NCBI GenBank assembly: GCA_000165345.1 | Contig: CM000431.1 | Location: 704,001-768,000, forward strand | Direction of reading: 5' to 3' | Length of the DNA: 64,000 nucleotides | Shown here: piece by piece, positions 62,669 through 64,000 of the stretch | How positions within the stretch are numbered: position 1 is the first letter of the stretch | How the letters are laid out: every line of letters starts with the position of its first letter | Notes under the pieces: model-generated | Told to the model about the DNA's origin: nothing | The model's input: only the letters and a program-made list of their open reading frames with translations | Databases searched by the model: none | Translations under genes and position numbers: made by a program

Positions 62669-63628
62669 TCAATTATCAACAAAGCAGTTTCCCTGACTAT
62701 ATTTTAGGCTAACGTGATCGCTATACTCGCACGGAGTACAGGAAGAAAATATGCTATTTGTAAGCAGGTTTCCTTTATTGGGGTAAGCTTTATTATCTTT
62801 TAAGTTATGCTCAAAACATTCTTCAATACAGAAGCACTCTCTTTCAGAATTTTCTGGAAAGAAATCTTTAAATTCATTACTTTGATTCTCACTATGCTTT
62901 ATGAAATAATTCTCATCAATTATTTCTCGAGAAAGCGTGTTGTCAACAATTTTATGGAATGAATTGGACTCAATGTTATCGTATCTTTCTTCAAACTCTA
63001 TCTCTTGATGACTATTCCCTAAACAGTTACAAGTCAGTTTATTTGGTTCATTAAAAATAGGTGATTCAACAGTTTTTTCAACATACCTCCTTGGTCCATA
63101 AGAACTTGAAGAAGGCAATACGGAACGTCTATTAGAAGGATATTCAGCCTGAATAGTGCAGAAAGAAGCAGATGAGCCCGAACAAATAGGTGTAATACAA
63201 TTCCCTGCTAACGTTGGGTGTCTTAAATTTCCTTTAACTGAGCCATCAGCATTTATTGAACCTTGTAAATTTGGGCTTACTCCTATGTTGCTGCTTGCAC
63301 TGTAAAATTGATTATATTGGGGTTTTTGATTATTTGCGTTGTACGAGTATGCATTGTTATTATTATACTTTCTTTTGCTATATTTAGCTTTTTTCATTCT
63401 TCTTTTTTGTGATATACATCTTCCAGTAAGGAAAAAAGCTCTGCATGGATAAATACAGCACTTAAGACACGGAACCAAACATCCATACACAGGGTTTATA
63501 TCCTTAAATTCATCCCCATCTACTCCTTCAAATTCAAGTTGATCTTTTTTCACATTCTCCTTCCTGCACCCTCTAGGACTAATATTTTGACAAAACCTAC
63601 GTTCCTCTTCTTCACGTCTGATTGACAT
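62669..63628 (-). CDS. Hypothetical Cys-rich protein (319 aa).
   Basis: Uninterrupted ORF. N-terminal Cys cluster (FCQNISPRGC…YGCLVPCLKCCIYPCRAFFLTGRC), basic stretch (KRRMKKAKYSKRKY), Asn/Ser-rich middle. Confidence 0.45.
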   Translation of the reverse strand: MSIRREEEERRFCQNISPRGCRKENVKKDQLEFEGVDGDEFKDINPVYGCLVPCLKCCIYPCRAFFLTGRCISQKRRMKKAKYSKRKYNNNNAYSYNANNQKPQYNQFYSASSNIGVSPNLQGSINADGSVKGNLRHPTLAGNCITPICSGSSASFCTIQAEYPSNRRSVLPSSSSYGPRRYVEKTVESPIFNEPNKLTCNCLGNSHQEIEFEERYDNIESNSFHKIVDNTLSREIIDENYFIKHSENQSNEFKDFFPENSERECFCIEECFEHNLKDNKAYPNKGNLLTNSIFSSCTPCEYSDHVSLKYSQGNCFVDN

Positions 63629-63861
63629 ATTTTTTCAAGTAGACAAAAATAAAAGAATAAAATTCAATTAAGCTAAGAGATAATTAAACTTTTGTAGAGG
63701 TCTACCTAGTCCCATTTTTCTAAAATTGTTTTGTAGAATTATTATAACAAAGTTTCCAAAGTGCCCGGACCTCTGGTTTGAATAAGCTGGAGTAATGATG
63801 GATGCAAATATAATATATTTGTCTATAATTGGAACATTTAAAGAATTAAATATTTGACTAT

Positions 63862-64000
63862 TTATTCGTCTTCGTCGTCATCTTCAATATCATCATCATC
63901 ACCCTCACCGCTATTAGAGTTTAGCCCAATTTCTTGGTTTATTAGGCCGGGAATCATCCACTGCTTGCTGTTTTCAATTTCAATTGCACGTTTTAATGCA
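63862..64000 (-). CDS. C-terminal end of a minus-strand gene that continues beyond the window, acidic tail.
   Basis: Reverse-complement frame is open from the window edge to the TAA at 63862-63864 (…ALKRAIEIENSKQWMIPGLINQEIGLNSNSGEGDDDDIEDDDEDE*). Confidence 0.35.
   Translation of the reverse strand, partial: ALKRAIEIENSKQWMIPGLINQEIGLNSNSGEGDDDDIEDDDEDE

Noticed and set aside
1-64000. Prokaryotic interpretation (operons, defence systems, CRISPR, IS elements) prompted by the task framing.
   Set aside because: The proteins are unmistakably eukaryotic nuclear (Prp8, U2A', POP1, KRR1, eIF2B, ATG4, PKA, MAPK, AP2). No Shine-Dalgarno-spaced gene tandems, no repeat-spacer arrays, no transposase or integrase ORFs were seen.
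1-64000. Alternative genetic code (ciliate-type TAA/TAG=Gln), which would also yield long ORFs in AT-rich DNA.
   Set aside because: Long ORFs terminate cleanly at TAA/TAG/TGA, with homology ending at those stops (e.g. KRR1, PKA-C, MAPK). The standard code fits.

Overview
This window is AT-rich (about 70% A+T), gene-dense eukaryotic nuclear DNA, not prokaryotic. It holds about 28 uninterrupted ORFs on both strands, some over 2,000 codons, separated by very short spacers of 1 to about 600 bp, with standard stop codons and no obvious introns. The proteins recognisable by motif are PRP8, U2 snRNP A', POP1, KRR1, an eIF2B subunit, ATG4, a TBC RabGAP, a TDY-type MAP kinase, a PKA catalytic subunit, a TKL-like kinase, a HscB/Jac1 J-protein, a Tim44-like protein, a PLD-type (two-HKD) phospholipid synthase, an AMP-binding enzyme and a 1,220-aa protein with two ApiAP2 domains. 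The AP2 domains together with the intron-poor compact architecture point to an apicomplexan. A Cryptosporidium-like genome is my best guess from composition and gene content, but this is inference, not a database hit. There are no prokaryotic defence islands, CRISPR arrays or mobile elements. The most unusual items are: (i) an AP2 factor that also carries a SET-like domain and a PHD-like finger; (ii) a WD40 protein whose C-terminal zinc finger resembles the GATOR2/SEACAT subunits; (iii) a loose cluster of mitosome/mitochondrion-type genes (Jac1, Tim44-like, PLD-type cardiolipin-pathway synthase); (iv) convergent genes whose stop codons lie 1 and 6 nt apart; (v) recurring E2F-like GCGC-core and TGCATGC promoter motifs and a perfect 21-nt palindrome in a kinase-kinase divergent promoter; (vi) two giant ORFs of 2,692 and 2,427 aa and a 1,070-aa signal-peptide multi-pass membrane protein of unknown function. 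All homology calls rest on recalled motifs, not searches.
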